Source: Synechococcus sp. (GTDB taxonomy: Bacteria > Cyanobacteriota > Cyanobacteriia > PCC-6307 > Cyanobiaceae). Taken from it: a stretch of DNA of 64,000 nucleotides. Below are positions 62,506-64,000 of the stretch, piece by piece (position 1 is the first letter of the stretch; the number at the start of each line of letters is the position of its first letter). The translations under genes and the position numbers were made by a program. Location: the NCBI GenBank assembly GCA_047285805.1, contig JBJBCN010000003.1, positions 672,001-736,000 of the forward strand, in the 5' to 3' direction. Under the pieces are notes generated by a model. It was not told where the DNA came from, did not search any database, and was given only the letters and a program-made list of their open reading frames with translations.

Positions 62506-63893
62506 CACCGCAGGCTCTCGCTGTGGGGCAAATCGAGTTGCTGTTGGAGCACCCCGAGCTTCAGGGCAACTTCCGCCAACTCCCGCTCCACGGCGGATCC
62601 ACGCACTAGGCCAGCGCCAGCGGTGAGCTCGAGGCGGCGTCCTTGGAGGGTGCCGCTGCGGATGGCGACGCGCAGTTCCGTATCCCCCTCACTGTCGATC
62701 CAGCCTATGGGGGCGGCGTAGTAGCCCCGCTCAAAGGGCTCCAGGCTGCGTAGAGCTGTCATCGCCTCGCGGCAGGGCAGGCCGGCTACCGCTGGGGTTG
62801 GATGCAGGGCGGCCGCCAGGGAGAGCGGTTGCTGATCCCCAAGCGCTGCACTGATGGGGGTGTGCAGGTGCACCAGTTGTCCGTGCCTGGCGAGCCGGGG
62901 GTGACGGGGGCGCTGGCTTTCTAGGCCTGCCCCGCGCAGCACATCCGTGATGGCTTCCACCACCAGTTCATGTTCGCGGAGGTCCTTGTCGGAGCGGGTC
63001 AGCAGGTCAGCGGTGGGACCGACCGGTGCGGTGCCGGCCAGGGCATCGCTGCGCAGTTGGCCCTGCCGCACCGTCAGGAGTCGCTCAGGGGAGGCCCCAA
63101 GCAGGGCCGGGCCTCCGGCTTGCTGCCAGAGGAAGCGGCAGCTGCCGGGTTGGCGCCGCCGCAATTGGGCGAGCAGCTGCAGGGGGTCGAGGGGTTGATC
63201 CAGCAGCAGTTGCTGCCGCACCGCCAGCACCAATTTGCGCAGGCGGCCTTCTTCGACGAGTTCCACGCCGCGCTGCACCACCGAGCGGTAGCCCTCCTGC
63301 CAGGAGGAGCGGCTGGCAATGGCCGGGCCGGGGGCATCGCCTTGATCCGCGCAAGGCAGGGCACCGAGGCGCTCGGCCTGCTCCCAGAGTTCTTCGGCGA
63401 CGCTGCGGGCGCTGATATCGCCGCCGAGGTTGCGCTGGAGACGCAGCCAGCAGTGCCGGCCCTGTTTGCTGAGTTGCCAGCGGGGCAAGACCGCCTGGAC
63501 CCCTGGAACCCCTTCGCCCTCGTGGAGCGGGCTGTCGAAGAAAGAGAAGGCCAGCAGGACCCGTGGCCGTGCCAGGGGTGGGCAGTGTTGCGGTGCGGCG
63601 AGGCGATTGAGGCTGACGGCGCTGAAGCGCTGGGCCAGCTCAAAGCGCCGGGGGCCGCTGAGTTCAAGGCTGTTGCAGCGTCCGCTCGCGGCCAAGCAAA
63701 GCCCTGGGGCGCTGTCCCATAGGAAGCGGAACCGTTCCCCCTCCTCCAGCTGGCTGAGCAGGGCCATCGGATCCCGGCTTGGAATCGCCATGGCCAGGCT
63801 GAGCACGCCCTCTCCCTCGAGCTGGCGCTCGCCGGCCTGGGCGGCGGTCAGCAGATCGCTGAAGCGGGTTGTGACGCTGGTGGGGGCCTGCAA
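62505..63893 (-). CDS. menF: isochorismate synthase
   Basis: KLVLA, GASPERL, ALAGT, EHELVV, LHPTPAVAG, VAIRS, AGAGLV; start uncertain (TTG 63893, ORF open to 63983). Confidence 0.92.
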   Translation of the reverse strand: MQAPTSVTTRFSDLLTAAQAGERQLEGEGVLSLAMAIPSRDPMALLSQLEEGERFRFLWDSAPGLCLAASGRCNSLELSGPRRFELAQRFSAVSLNRLAAPQHCPPLARPRVLLAFSFFDSPLHEGEGVPGVQAVLPRWQLSKQGRHCWLRLQRNLGGDISARSVAEELWEQAERLGALPCADQGDAPGPAIASRSSWQEGYRSVVQRGVELVEEGRLRKLVLAVRQQLLLDQPLDPLQLLAQLRRRQPGSCRFLWQQAGGPALLGASPERLLTVRQGQLRSDALAGTAPVGPTADLLTRSDKDLREHELVVEAITDVLRGAGLESQRPRHPRLARHGQLVHLHTPISAALGDQQPLSLAAALHPTPAVAGLPCREAMTALRSLEPFERGYYAAPIGWIDSEGDTELRVAIRSGTLQGRRLELTAGAGLVRGSAVERELAEVALKLGVLQQQLDLPHSESLR

Positions 63894-64000
63894 CCGAAAC
63901 GGGCCGATGCGGCTGCTCAAATGTATGGGCCTTCCCGCACCTAGAGTTGCCTCTGCCCGCTGACGAGCCTCAGGTCGTCGCAAGCCTTCATGCCCCTGTC

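Overview
High-GC picocyanobacterial chromosome (Synechococcus/Cyanobium-like gene order). Most of the window is conserved housekeeping genes: SWIM+SNF2, alaS, speA, ndk, thiO, gatB, coaE, argJ, eno, gloA, clpB, secE-nusG-rplKAJL, rnhA, pyrD, murG, pgk, relA/spoT, mnmE, nadC, argS, prfB, grxC-gshB, menF. The one clear accessory element is a 7,987-bp, visibly lower-GC integrative element inserted into the last codons of argJ. It is bounded by a 17-bp direct repeat (14334-14350 and 22321-22337) and encodes a tyrosine integrase plus about eight unassigned ORFs. I recognise no capsid, terminase, primase, conjugation or known defence gene in it. Its non-coding DNA holds 11-bp-periodic integrase arm-type repeats, a close match to the ColE1-type primosome assembly site, a motif built like a T7-type terminal/packaging signal, and three hairpin clusters. 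Its proteins include a DNA-pilot/ejection-like protein and two protein pairs with shared N-terminal motifs. My best hypothesis, which is inference and untested, is a capsid-less satellite of a T7-like cyanopodovirus. Elsewhere there is a Yfr2-family sRNA, an L10 leader, the prfB frameshift, two pseudogenes (one with both stop codons inside a perfect 18-bp inverted repeat) and a two-component locus with a shared candidate operator. All calls are by eye; no searches were run.
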